Source of the DNA: Rhodobacterales bacterium 32-67-9
Lineage (GTDB): Bacteria > Pseudomonadota > Alphaproteobacteria > Rhodobacterales > Rhodobacteraceae
Direction of reading: 5' to 3'
DNA: 64,000 nt
Assembly: GCA_002280515.1 (NCBI GenBank)
Contig: NCEA01000012.1
Span: 20,392 to 84,391 of the forward strand
Under the pieces are notes generated by a model. It saw only the letters and a list, made by a program, of their open reading frames with translations. It did not search any database and had not been told where the DNA came from. Below are positions 8,450 through 18,900 of this stretch, piece by piece. Both the position numbers and the translations under genes were made by a program. How positions within the stretch are numbered: position 1 is the first letter of the stretch; each line of letters starts with the position of its first letter.

Positions 8450-10135
8450 ATGACCGACCTTCCCTTCACCTGCGAAAAGCACCCGGCCACCGGCAAGGGC
8501 GGCATGGTCGTCACAAACCACCCGCTCGGCTCCGCGGCAGGGTACGAGATTCTTGCGGGCGGAGGAAATGCCGTCGATGCGGCCGTGGGTGCGCTGCTTG
8601 CCCTCTGTGTGGTCGAGCCGATGATGATCGGCATCGCCGGTGGCGGGCTGGCGCATCTGCGTCTTGCCGACGGGTCGCACCGGGTGTTCGACGGCCTCGC
8701 CTCGGCACCGGCGTCGACGGCGCCCGACATCTACGAACCGGTCTCGGACGAGCCGCCCAACCACATGGAAACGAAAGATCGCCGCTCCGCGCTGGGGCCG
8801 TCGGCGGTGGCCACGCCGGGCAACCTTGCCGCCTGGTGCGAGATGCAGGCGCAGTTCGGGGCGTTGCCGTATTCAGACGTGATCGACCCGGCGATCCGCC
8901 TTGCGTCGCGCGGGTTCGCGGTGACGCCCTACCTTGAAGGGGCGATTGCGGAATCCGCGCCGGACCTTTCGCTCGACCCGGTCATCGCGGCGCTGCTGAT
9001 GCCGGGGGGCGCGCCGCTCAAGGCGGGCGACCGGCTGGTGCAGGGCGACTTTGCCGAAAGTCTGAAGTTGATCGCCACCGAGGGGGCGGCGGCGCTGCAC
9101 GGTGGTGCTCTGGGTGCGGCGCTGGCCGAACGCATCGCCACCGGCCGCGCCGATGCCGGCTGGCTGACGCTGGAGGACCTGCGGAGCTACACCCCGCGCG
9201 AGCGTGAGGTGATCCGGGGCACTTACCGTGGCTGGGAGGTTGTCGGGCCGCCGCCGCCGGCCTCCTCCGGGGTTCACATCGCGCAGATGCTGAACCTGCT
9301 CGAACCCCACGACGTGGCGGCGATGGGCTTTGGCACCGCGGCGGGACTGCACCTTCTGGCCGAAGTCATCCGGGTGGCGTTCGAGGACAGGCGCGCCGCG
9401 TCGGGGGACCCGGATTTCATCGACGTGCCGGTCGAACGGCTCATTTCCAAGGGCTATGCCGCGCAATCGCAATCCCGCCTGCGCGGCACGGGCGGCGGCG
9501 ATCCGGTCGCTTCCGGCTACGAAAGCGCGGATACCACGCATGTCACCGTTGCCGATGCCGCCGGCAACGTGGTGGCCGCGACCCATACGATCAACGGCAT
9601 CTTCGGTGCACGTTTCGCGGTGCCGGGGACCGGAATCATCCCCAACAACTACATGATGAACTTCGATCCACATCCGGGCCGGGCATTGTCGGTCGCGCCG
9701 GGGAAACGGGTGCCGACCTCAATGGCGCCGATGATGGTGCTGCACGACGGGCGGGTTCGCTGGGCGCTCGGCCTGCCGGGGGGACTGCGCATCTTTCCTT
9801 CGGCCATGCAGGCCATCGTGAACCTGATAGACCACGGGATGAGCCTGCAACAGGCCATCGAGGCGCCGCGCCTCTGGACCGAAGGGCACGACGTCGAGAT
9901 CGAGGAAGGGTTCGGGCCGATGGCCGGGGCCTTGGAAGCTCGCGGTCATCAGGTGCGAGTGATGCCCCATGTGGGTGGCGGAATGAACGCCATCGGCTTC
10001 GGGGTGGACGGGACGCTCGAAGGGGGCGCCTGCTGGCGCGCGGACGGAACCGTGGCGGCGCTGGGTGGTGGAAGGGCAAGACCCGGCATCCGCTTCTGGC
10101 CGGGGCGGGCACCCGAAAAGGCCGACCCGCAGTAG
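8450..10135 (+). CDS. ggt: Gamma-glutamyltransferase family protein, no recognisable signal peptide
   Basis: Contains GGMVVTNHPLGSAAGYEILAGGGNAVDAAVGA and the autoprocessing site SADTTHVTVADAAGN. The start is uncertain: ATG 8450 (MTDLPF) or ATG 8426 (MLNQD). Neither gives a hydrophobic leader. Confidence 0.85.
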   Translation: MTDLPFTCEKHPATGKGGMVVTNHPLGSAAGYEILAGGGNAVDAAVGALLALCVVEPMMIGIAGGGLAHLRLADGSHRVFDGLASAPASTAPDIYEPVSDEPPNHMETKDRRSALGPSAVATPGNLAAWCEMQAQFGALPYSDVIDPAIRLASRGFAVTPYLEGAIAESAPDLSLDPVIAALLMPGGAPLKAGDRLVQGDFAESLKLIATEGAAALHGGALGAALAERIATGRADAGWLTLEDLRSYTPREREVIRGTYRGWEVVGPPPPASSGVHIAQMLNLLEPHDVAAMGFGTAAGLHLLAEVIRVAFEDRRAASGDPDFIDVPVERLISKGYAAQSQSRLRGTGGGDPVASGYESADTTHVTVADAAGNVVAATHTINGIFGARFAVPGTGIIPNNYMMNFDPHPGRALSVAPGKRVPTSMAPMMVLHDGRVRWALGLPGGLRIFPSAMQAIVNLIDHGMSLQQAIEAPRLWTEGHDVEIEEGFGPMAGALEARGHQVRVMPHVGGGMNAIGFGVDGTLEGGACWRADGTVAALGGGRARPGIRFWPGRAPEKADPQ

Positions 10136-10253
10136 CTCGCCACGCGGACAATCGCGTTTGAATTGCCTTTGGCGTGTCCAGATGTGGAAGACCTCGCGGA
10201 CTCGCTCGGCAACGAACGTCGAAGGCGGGGCGAAAGTACTGGCCGGAAAACAC

Positions 10254-10286
10254 AAAAGCCGCTCAACCCGACGAGGTTAAGCGGCT
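10254..10286 (-). terminator. Rho-independent terminator downstream of tRNA-Leu
   Basis: On the minus strand, AGCCGCTTAACCTCGTCGGGTTGAGCGGCT forms a hairpin followed by TTTT. Confidence 0.6.
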
Positions 10287-10298
10287 ATTCGGAAAGTT

Positions 10299-10383
10299 TG
10301 GTGCCCAGAAGAGGACTCGAACCTCCACGCCTTGCGGCACACGGACCTGAACCGTGCGCGTCTACCAATTCCGCCACCTGGGC
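10299..10383 (-). tRNA. tRNA-Leu (anticodon CAG)
   Basis: The reverse complement is GCCCAGGTGGCGGAATTGGTAGACGCGCACGGTTCAGGTCCGTGTGCCGCAAGGCGTGGAGGTTCGAGTCCTCTTCTGGGCACCA. It has a 7-bp acceptor stem, anticodon loop TTCAGGT, a long variable arm, a GGTTCGAGTCC T-arm and an encoded CCA. Confidence 0.95.
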
Positions 10384-10400
10384 AGGTGTCATGACGGGCG

Positions 10401-10428
10401 ATGTATAGCCGGCACCCGGTGCTGTCAA
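10401..10428 (-). promoter_or_regulatory. Putative sigma70-type promoter of tRNA-Leu
   Basis: The minus strand reads TTGACA (10428-10423), a 16-nt spacer, then ATACAT (10406-10401). The -10 element ends about 18 nt upstream of the tRNA 5' end. Confidence 0.4.
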
Positions 10429-10527
10429 CGGGGTCCGCGCGATTCCTGCCCCGTGCGCATTCGCGCCTTGTTCGGCGGGCCTCGGGGCGCTAATCAGGGC
10501 CAAGAAAGCGATTGACCGGAGGCCGCC

Positions 10528-11514
10528 ATGTCCAAGCTCGTCACCATCTACGGCGGATCGGGATTCCTCGGGCGATACATCGCGCGGCGGATGGCGAAGG
10601 AAGGCTGGCGCATCCGGGTTGCCGTCCGGCGGCCGAACGAGGCGCTCTTCGTCAAGCCCTATGGAACGGTCGGCCAGGTCGAGCCGGTTCTTTGCAATAT
10701 CCGCGACGACGCCTCGGTCAGGTCGGCTATGGCGGGAGCGGATGTGGTGGTGAACTGCGTAGGCACATTCGACAAGCGCGGCCGCAACAATTTCGACGCG
10801 GTGCAGGCCGAGGGGGCTGGCCGCATCGCCCGCATCGCCGCGGAAACCGGCGTGGCCCGGATGGTCCATGTCTCGGCCATTGGCGCGGATGCGGCAAGCA
10901 ACAGTGATTATGCCCGCACCAAGGCCGAGGGCGAGGCGGCGGTGACAGCGGTCTTCCCCGGTGCGGTGATCCTGCGTCCTTCCGTGATGTTCGGGCCCGA
11001 GGACGGGTTCTTCAACCGCTTCGCCGGAATGTCGCGGTTGGGTCCGATCCTTCCGGTCGTCGGCGCCGAAACGAAGTTCCAGCCGGTCTATGTCGACGAC
11101 GTGGCGCAGGCGGCGGTCAAGGGCGTGCTGGGCGAGGCTTCCGGCACCTATGAGCTTGGCGGACCCGACGCGGCGACGTTCCGGGCGTTGATGGGCGAGA
11201 TGCTGAAGGTCATCAACCGCCGCCGGCTGGTCCTGAACATGCCGTTCTGGATAGCGCGGATCATGGCCGGGCTGCTCGATTTCGGGTCTATGCTGACCGG
11301 CGGGCTGGTCACGAACGCGCTCCTGACCGGCGATCAGGTGAAGTCGCTCCGGCATGACAATGTCGTCAGTGCCGGCGCGCCGGGGTTCGCCGACCTCGGC
11401 ATCGCGCCGACGCCGATGCATGCGGTGCTGCCGGACTATCTCTGGCGGTTCCGCCCCTCGGGGCAATATGAGGCGATCAAGGCCTCGGCAAAGAACCTGC
11501 GCCGGCACAGCTGA
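10528..11514 (+). CDS. NAD(P)-binding SDR, complex I NDUFA9-subunit-like family protein
   Basis: [36 protein letters not shown]... has a Rossmann GGSGFLG motif. Its 328-aa length and overall pattern are typical of the alphaproteobacterial NDUFA9-like family. Confidence 0.8.
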   Translation: MSKLVTIYGGSGFLGRYIARRMAKEGWRIRVAVRRPNEALFVKPYGTVGQVEPVLCNIRDDASVRSAMAGADVVVNCVGTFDKRGRNNFDAVQAEGAGRIARIAAETGVARMVHVSAIGADAASNSDYARTKAEGEAAVTAVFPGAVILRPSVMFGPEDGFFNRFAGMSRLGPILPVVGAETKFQPVYVDDVAQAAVKGVLGEASGTYELGGPDAATFRALMGEMLKVINRRRLVLNMPFWIARIMAGLLDFGSMLTGGLVTNALLTGDQVKSLRHDNVVSAGAPGFADLGIAPTPMHAVLPDYLWRFRPSGQYEAIKASAKNLRRHS

Positions 11515-11669
11515 TCGTTCCTGGAAAGAGACCAAACCGGCATCTCGACCGGAAACGTTTCGATCTTAGGCGATTCTAGGGAATCGTTTGACGCCCGCGG
11601 CGGCAAGCAGGACAATGTGTTTCGGGTAACGACCGGCGTCGCGCCGGATGTTTTTGGGAAGGGTATTTC

Positions 11670-12589
11670 ATGGTGAAGCAGCTTTTGCTGCATATCGGCT
11701 ATCATCAGATCGGCCGCCATCCGGAAGTGTAGAAACACATCGTCGCGCCGCACGGGCTTCTCTTCGACCCCGAAGCGGTGCGCGCAGTGATCCGAAACGG
11801 GAAGGAGTCGCTGCCCGATGGTTTGGTGCCGGTAATCTCATCCGAGATTCTGTCCGGCCATCCGTTCTTTGGCGGCATGGGTAGCGGCGACTACGCGCGG
11901 CGGCTGAAGGCGATCGCGCCGGACGCGAAGATCCTGGTCTCGATCCGGGCGCAACGCCGCATCCTCACCTCGGTCTACATGCAGTACCTTCTGCGTGGCG
12001 GTACGATGAGTCCGAAGCTGTTCTTCGCCGGCGACCCGGAACTCGGGTTCCACGGGTTTCGCACCGAGCATTTTGAATATCACCGACTGATCGGCCTTTA
12101 TCGGGACCTGTTTGGCGCGGCAAACGTCCATGTCATCACTCAGGAGAGCCTGAAGACCGATATGGACGGTACCACGCGGGCGTTGGCAGAATTCGCGGGA
12201 AACAGCAGTTTCGACGGTGTTTTGCCGACCCACCGCGCGGCTTATGCGCCCAGCTATCCGGAATATGCCGTTCCGCTCTTGCGGCGGATCAACAAGTTTC
12301 AGAAAAGTGTGCTGACCCCTGCGCCGGCAATCCGCATCGGCACCACGCCAAATGGCTTTTACCGTGCAGCCGGTTTCCTGCTCCGACGTCCGCCATTCTC
12401 CTGGATCATGGCAATTACCATCCGGTCTCTGCCTATGTCGAAAGAACTTTTCGCGGCCGGTTTGATGAGAGCAATCACAAACTGGCCGAGATGGTGGGAC
12501 ACACTCTCGACCTCAGCGAATACGGGATCGGGATGCGTGCGGCGCCATACGCAATTGTGTCGCCGCAGAAGATCGCTGCAGCAGGCTAG
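11670..12589 (+). pseudogene. Sulfotransferase-family pseudogene (in-frame TAG plus a frameshift)
   Basis: ATG 11670 gives MVKQLLLHIGYHQIGRHPEV, then TAG at 11730-11732. The same frame continues KHIVAPHGLLFDPEAVRAVIRNGK...ILVSIRAQRRILTSVY (strand plus R-x7-S, 3'-phosphate-binding-like). Near 12395 the sensible reading shifts frame (+2) to ...ILLDHGNYHPVSAYVERTFRGRFDESNHKLAEMVGHTLDLSEYGIGM..., stopping at 12587-12589. The track frame instead decays into Arg/Ser-rich junk ending at 12677. Confidence 0.65.
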
Positions 12590-12719
12590 ATACACATCCC
12601 GGTCCGCTTTCCTTGTTCCGTCACGACCCGACCGGCAGGATTCAGCCAGCCTTGCCGCGCCGCAGCGGGTCACATAATGCTGTGCACAGTCCCCTATTCG
12701 CCACGGAAGGCCCGCCGAC

Positions 12720-13523
12720 ATGAGCGACACAACACTGAGCGCCCTGATCCTCGGGCTTCTGGAAGGGGCGACGGAGTTCATTCCAGTCTCCTCGACCGGG
12801 CATATCCTTCTGGCCGGCCATTTCCTTGGCTTCGAGAGTGCTGGCAAGACATTTGAGGTGGTGATCCAGCTCGGCGCGGTTCTGGCGATCCTCGGAGTCT
12901 ATGCGGCGAAGATCGGGCAAACCATTGCCGGACTACCGAATGATCCGCAGGCGCGGCGGTTCGCGGGATCGGTGCTGGTGGCGTTCTTGCCAGCGGTAGT
13001 GGTCGGCGTTCTGGCGCACGATTTCATCAAGAACGTGCTCTTCGAAAGTCCGCGCCTCATTGCCTCGATGCTGATCCTCGGGGGTATCGTTTTGTTGGTC
13101 GTCGACCGGTTGCCGCTGACGCCCCGACACCACGCGGCGGACCGGTTTCCACTGCCAATGGCCTTTGGTATCGGCGTGATTCAGTGCTTTGCGATGATCC
13201 CCGGTGTGTCGCGGTCGGGCGCGACCATCGTCGGCGCGCTGGCCTTCGGCGCCGACAAGCGCGCGGCGGCGGAGTTTTCGTTCTTCCTCTCGATGCCGAC
13301 GATGGCGGGGGCCTTTGCCTACGACCTCTACAAGAACCGCGACATTCTCGACTGGAGCGCGCTGGGCGAGATCGCGGTCGGCTTTGCGGCGGCCTTCGTC
13401 GCGGCGATTCTCGTCGTGCGGTGGTTGCTGGGCTATGTCAGCCAGCACGGTTACGCGCTGTTCGGCTGGTGGCGAATCATTGTCGGATCGGTGGTTTTGG
13501 CAGCGCTCACGGCGGGCTATTGA
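12720..13523 (+). CDS. uppP: Undecaprenyl-diphosphate phosphatase
   Basis: [19 protein letters not shown] and [15 protein letters not shown] are the BacA/UppP signature motifs. 267 aa. Confidence 0.95.
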   Translation: MSDTTLSALILGLLEGATEFIPVSSTGHILLAGHFLGFESAGKTFEVVIQLGAVLAILGVYAAKIGQTIAGLPNDPQARRFAGSVLVAFLPAVVVGVLAHDFIKNVLFESPRLIASMLILGGIVLLVVDRLPLTPRHHAADRFPLPMAFGIGVIQCFAMIPGVSRSGATIVGALAFGADKRAAAEFSFFLSMPTMAGAFAYDLYKNRDILDWSALGEIAVGFAAAFVAAILVVRWLLGYVSQHGYALFGWWRIIVGSVVLAALTAGY

Positions 13524-13682
13524 AAAGTAGGTATTCACTACTGACCTAAATTTAGTCAAGAACGCCTCCATAATGGCGCGAGTTGGAAAAAATCATCAAA
13601 ATAGGTAAGTAATTCTGACTTTTATTTCCGCCAAGGCAGGAGTAGCAATGCGCACCCTGATCTTCTGACGGAAAGACCGCCG

Positions 13683-15119
13683 ATGGCCCAGCAACGCATG
13701 CTCCAGTTCGTGACCGTCTCGAAAGAGATGCCGGAGAAACGTGCGGCCACGGTGCGCGCGCAGGATTTCAACGAGATCTACCGGGAGTTTGCCGAGATCA
13801 AGGCCGCCGAGCAGGCCGGCCGGTGCAGCCAGTGTGGCGTCCCCTACTGCCAGTCGCATTGCCCCCTGCACAACAACATTCCCGACTGGCTCAGGATGAC
13901 CGCCGAGGGCCGGGTGCAGGAAGCCTATGAACTGGCCCAGGCCACCAACACCTTCCCCGAAATCTGTGGCCGCATCTGCCCGCAGGACCGGCTCTGCGAA
14001 GGAAATTGCGTGATCGAGCAGGCCGGCCATGGCACCGTCACAATCGGTGCGATCGAGAAATACATCACCGACACCGCCTGGGACAACGGCTGGGTCAAGC
14101 CGGTGAAACCCGTCGAGGAACGCCCCGAAAGCGTCGGCATCATCGGTGCCGGCCCCGGCGGGCTGGCGGCGGCGGACATGCTGCGCCGTGCCGGGCTTCA
14201 GGTCACGGTCTATGACCGTTACGATCGGGGCGGCGGGCTCATGACCTACGGCATCCCCGGCTTCAAGCTGGAAAAGGACGTTGTGTTGCAGCGCATCGCC
14301 CAGCTCGAGCAGGGCGGCGTGCAATTCGTGATGAACTGCAATGTCGGCGAAGACATCACCTTCGATGCGATCCGCGGCAAGCACGACGCGGTGATCATCG
14401 CCACCGGCGTCTACAAGAGCCGCGACCTTGGTGGGCCGAACGCCAATGCGACCGGGATCGTCCGCGCCATCGACTACCTGACCGCCTCGAACCGCAAGTC
14501 GTTCGGCGACGATGTGCCGGAATTCGACAGCGGGGAACTGAATGCCGAGGGCAAGCGCGTGGTCGTCATCGGCGGCGGCGACACCGCGATGGACTGCGTC
14601 CGCACGGCGATCCGTCAGGGCGCGCAGTCGGTCAAGTGCCTCTACCGCCGCGACCGGGCCAACATGCCGGGGTCGCAGCGCGAAGTCGCGAATGCCGAGG
14701 AAGAGGGCGTCGATTTCGTCTGGCTGACCGCGCCGAAGGGTTTCACCGCCGGTGATGCGGTCGAGGGCGTGCTGGTCCAGCAGATGCGGCTTGGCGCGCC
14801 CGACGCGACCGGCCGGCAAAGCCCCGAGGTCATCGAGGGCGCAGACTATGTCGAAGCGGCCGACCTTGTCATCAAGGCGCTCGGCTTCGAGCCGGAAGAT
14901 CTGCCGAGACTCTGGGGCGCCGACGGACTTGAAGTGACCCGCTGGGGCACGGTGAAGGCGGATTTCCGAAGCCATGCGACAAGCCTGCCCGGCGTCTTCG
15001 CGGTGGGCGACATCGTGCGCGGCGCCAGCCTTGTCGTCTGGGCGATCCGCGACGGGCGCGAGGCGGCAGAAAGCGTGCTTGGCTACCTGGCCGAGGCGCA
15101 GGCGGTGGCGGCGGAATAG
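13683..15119 (+). CDS. gltD: Glutamate synthase (NADPH) small subunit
   Basis: RCSQCGVPYCQSHCPLHNNIPDWL is the Fe-S cysteine cluster region. VGIIGAGPGGLAAA and VVVIGGGDTAMDC are dinucleotide-binding folds. 478 aa. Confidence 0.95.
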   Translation: MAQQRMLQFVTVSKEMPEKRAATVRAQDFNEIYREFAEIKAAEQAGRCSQCGVPYCQSHCPLHNNIPDWLRMTAEGRVQEAYELAQATNTFPEICGRICPQDRLCEGNCVIEQAGHGTVTIGAIEKYITDTAWDNGWVKPVKPVEERPESVGIIGAGPGGLAAADMLRRAGLQVTVYDRYDRGGGLMTYGIPGFKLEKDVVLQRIAQLEQGGVQFVMNCNVGEDITFDAIRGKHDAVIIATGVYKSRDLGGPNANATGIVRAIDYLTASNRKSFGDDVPEFDSGELNAEGKRVVVIGGGDTAMDCVRTAIRQGAQSVKCLYRRDRANMPGSQREVANAEEEGVDFVWLTAPKGFTAGDAVEGVLVQQMRLGAPDATGRQSPEVIEGADYVEAADLVIKALGFEPEDLPRLWGADGLEVTRWGTVKADFRSHATSLPGVFAVGDIVRGASLVVWAIRDGREAAESVLGYLAEAQAVAAE

Positions 15120-15189
15120 CAACCGGACGCTTCTGCGGACAGGAACAAGGGTCAGGAGGGCTGACCCGGACAACGAAGGAAGTCTGAAC

Positions 15190-15909
15190 GTGACATCGCA
15201 GCTTCACCTTCTCGGCCTCGCGACCACGGCGCTCCTGGCATCACCAGCCCAAGCCGGCGGCAAGTTTGCCGCCCCGGCGGGGTGCGAAGTCTACGCGACC
15301 GTCCAGATGCGCAATTGCCAGGTTTCGCAGCATTACCGCTGCGAGCAAGACGCGCCGGGCGACCAGTGGGCAGCCTATCTTGACGGCGAGGGCCCGTTCT
15401 ACCTGAGCCGGATCGACACCGAGACGCGCTGGCTGGAAAGCTACGACCTTACAACCGGCGAACGGGACGCGCTCCTGTCGGAGGCCGATCCGGCCTCGTT
15501 CACCACGCTGATCACCACCGGCCGCGATGATTACGATTTCACCACCGAAAGCAGCACAGGCGAGGTCCGCCACTACACCGGCTACGACCAACTGACCGGC
15601 GAGAAGGTGACGATCGGCGGCGTGGTTTTGGAGCGTACGACATTCGACCTGACGGCGCGGAGCGCGGAAGGTGACCTGATCTGGCACCGGGTCGGCAAAC
15701 AGTTCATCCACCGCGACTGGCGGGTCTTCTGGGCCGATACCGAGGAATTCGAGAACGGCTTCGGCGACCGGGAAACCGTGATCGACACGCCCGTTGCCGT
15801 CGCGCAGCCCGGCGACAAGGGGTTCCTCTCGACCGAGCCGATCTATGATTGCGACATGCAGATGACGGAAGCGGAGCTTCCCCTCAACATCGGAGGAAAA
15901 CGGCCATGA
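15190..15909 (+). CDS. Hypothetical exported protein (signal peptide, 4 Cys) nested between gltD and gltB
   Basis: GTG 15190 follows GAAGGA and gives VTSQLHLLGLATTALLASPAQAGG, a signal peptide with an AQA cleavage motif. The stop overlaps the gltB ATG (ATGA at 15906-15909). I recognise no family. Confidence 0.6.
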   Translation: MTSQLHLLGLATTALLASPAQAGGKFAAPAGCEVYATVQMRNCQVSQHYRCEQDAPGDQWAAYLDGEGPFYLSRIDTETRWLESYDLTTGERDALLSEADPASFTTLITTGRDDYDFTTESSTGEVRHYTGYDQLTGEKVTIGGVVLERTTFDLTARSAEGDLIWHRVGKQFIHRDWRVFWADTEEFENGFGDRETVIDTPVAVAQPGDKGFLSTEPIYDCDMQMTEAELPLNIGGKRP

Positions 15910-18900
15910 CGAACATCGACGCGAACTGGGTTCAGGCCGAGGAAGACAAGCGCCAGTGGATGGCGGAAAACAGTCTCTATCGTGCCGAGGACGAGCATGC
16001 GTCCTGTGGCGTCGGGCTTGTTGTCTCGATCAACGGCAAGGCCAGTCGCAAGGTCGTGGAGCACGGGATCGACGCCTTAAAGGCAGTCTGGCACCGGGGG
16101 GCTGTCGATGCCGACGGCAAGACCGGCGACGGCGCCGGTATCCACGTCCAGATCCCGGTTCCCTTCTTCTACGACCAGATCCGCCGCACCGGGCACGAGC
16201 CCGACATGAAGGCGCTGATCGCCGTCGGTCAGGTCTTCCTGCCGCGCACTGATTTCGGCGCGCAGGAAACCTGTCGGACCATCGTTGAAACCGAGGTTCT
16301 GCGCGCCGGTTATTACATCTACGGCTGGCGCCACGTACCGGTGAATACGGAAGTGCTGGGCGAGAAGGCCAATGCGACACGCCCCGAGATCGAACAGATC
16401 CTGATCAAGAACTCGAAAGGCGTAGACGAGGAAACCTTCGAGCGCGAGCTTTACGTCATCCGCCGCCGAATCGAGAAGGCGGCGACGGCGGCCGGGATCG
16501 CCGGCATGTATCTTTGCACGCTCTCGTGCCGGTCGATCATCTACAAGGGGATGATGCTGGCCGAGCAGGTGGCGGAGTTCTACCCCGACCTTAAGGACGA
16601 GCGCTTCGAATCCGCTTTCGCGATCTATCACCAGCGCTATTCGACCAACACCTTCCCGCAATGGTGGCTGGCGCAACCCTTCCGCACCCTTGCCCACAAC
16701 GGCGAGATCAACACGCTGAAGGGCAACCTCAACTGGATGAAGAGCCACGAGATCCGCATGGCATCGGCGACGTTCGGCGAACAGGCGGGCGACATCAAGC
16801 CGATCGTGGCGCAGGGATCGTCGGATTCGGCGGCGTTAGACGCTGTTTTCGAGGTGCTGGTGCGGGCGGGGCGTTCCGCACCGATGGCCAAGACGATGCT
16901 GGTGCCCGAGGCTTGGTCAAAGTCGGCGGTGGAGATGCCGCAGGCCTGGCAGGACATGTATGCCTATTGCAACGCGGTGATGGAGCCCTGGGACGGGCCG
17001 GCGGCGCTCGCCATGACCGATGGCCGCTGGGTCTGTGGCGGGCTTGACCGCAACGGGTTGCGGCCGCTTCGCTACGTCGTGACCGGCGACGGGCTGCTGA
17101 TCGCCGGGTCGGAGGCCGGGATGGTGCCGGTCGACGAAGCGGTCGTCCGCGAAAAGGGCGCGCTGGGGCCGGGGCAGATGATCGCGGTCGATATGAAAGA
17201 CGGCAAACTCTACCACGACGCCGAGATGAAGAACCGGCTTGCCGGCGCACAGCCCTATGCCGACTGGCTGGCCAAGGTCACCGACCTCAACGCGATCATG
17301 CGCGACGTGCCGGAACAGGCGCTGTTCGACGGTGCGGAGTTGCGCAAGCGCCAGATCGCCGCCGGCTATACGCTGGAGGAACTGGAGCAGGTGCTCGCGC
17401 CGATGGCCGAGGATGGCAAGGAGATGATCGCCTCGATGGGCGACGATACGCCGGCGGCGGTGCTGTCGAAGCAGTACCGGCCGCTCAGCCACTTCTTCCG
17501 GCAGAATTTCAGCCAGGTCACCAACCCGCCCATCGACAGCCTGCGTGAAAGCCGGGTGATGAGCCTCAAGACCCGGTTCGGCAATCTCAAGAACGTGCTC
17601 GACGAAAACAGTTCCCAGACCGAGATCCTGGTGCTGGAAAGCCCGTTCATCGCCAATGCCGAGTTCGACGAGATGGTGCGCCAGTTCGACGGCTCGGTCG
17701 CGATGATCGACTGCACCTTCCCGGTCGGCGAAACCGAGGCGCTGCGGCTGGGGCTGGAGCGGATCCGGGCCGAGGCCGAAGATGCCGTGCGCTCCGGCGC
17801 CGGACATATCGTCCTGACCGATCAGCATCAGGGGCCGGCGAAGGCGCCGATGCCGATGATCCTTGCGACGTCGGCGGTGCACAGCTGGCTGACGCGCAAG
17901 GGGCTTCGCACCTTCTGTTCGCTGAACATCCGCGCCGCCGAATGCATCGACCCGCACTATTTCGCGGTGCTGATCGGCTGTGGTGCCACAACAGTGAACG
18001 CCTATCTCGCGCAGGACTCCATTGCTGACCGGATCCGTCGCGGGCTGATCGAGGGGACGCTGATTGATGCGATGCGCCGCTACCGCGACGCCATCGACGC
18101 GGGTCTGCTGAAGATCATGTCGAAGATGGGAATTTCGGTGATTTCCTCCTATCGCGGCGGGCTGAACTTCGAGGCGGTAGGGCTGTCGCGCGCGATGGTC
18201 GCGGAATACTTCCCCGGCATGCATTCGCGCATCTCCGGCATCGGCGTTTCGGGCATCCAGCACAAGCTGGAGGAGATCCACGCGAAGGGCTGGAAGGGCG
18301 GCACCGACGTGCTGCCGATCGGTGGCTTCTACAAGGCGCGGCGGTCGGGCGAAAAACACGCCTGGGAAGCGCAGACGATGCACCTGCTGCAATCGGCCTG
18401 CGACCGTGCCTCCTATGACCTCTGGAAGCGATACTCGGCCGCGATGCGGGCGAATCCGCCGATCCATATCCGCGACCTGCTCGACATCAAGCCGCTAGGC
18501 AAGGCAGTGCCGATCGAAGAGGTGGAAAGCATCACCTCGATCCGCAAGCGCTTCGTAACGCCGGGCATGTCGCTCGGCGCGCTCAGCCCCGAGGCGCACA
18601 AGACGCTGAACATCGCGATGAACCGGATCGGCGCCAAGTCGGATTCAGGTGAGGGCGGCGAGGATCCGGCGCATTTCCTTCCCGAACCGAACGGCGACAA
18701 CCCGTCGGCCAAGATCAAGCAGGTCGCGTCGGGCCGCTTCGGCGTGACGGCGGAATACCTCAATGCCTGCGAGGAGCTGGAGATCAAGGTCGCGCAGGGC
18801 GCCAAGCCCGGCGAGGGCGGCCAGCTTCCCGGCATGAAAGTGACGAAGCTGATCGCACGGCTACGGCATTCGACGCCGGGGGTGACGCTGATCAGCCCGC

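Noticed and set aside
10135-10528. A genomic island integrated at tRNA-Leu (or at tRNA-Lys, 53756-53831).
   Set aside because: I noticed no integrase, no direct repeat of the tRNA 3' end, and both flanks are ordinary core genes. I cannot do an exhaustive repeat search by eye.
11730-11732. The in-frame TAG could be read as pyrrolysine, since an MttB-family gene is in the window.
   Set aside because: The MttB-family ORF itself has no internal amber codon and no pylT/pylSBCD-like genes are visible. The TAG-bearing gene is a sulfotransferase relic with a second lesion, so a nonsense mutation is the simpler reading.
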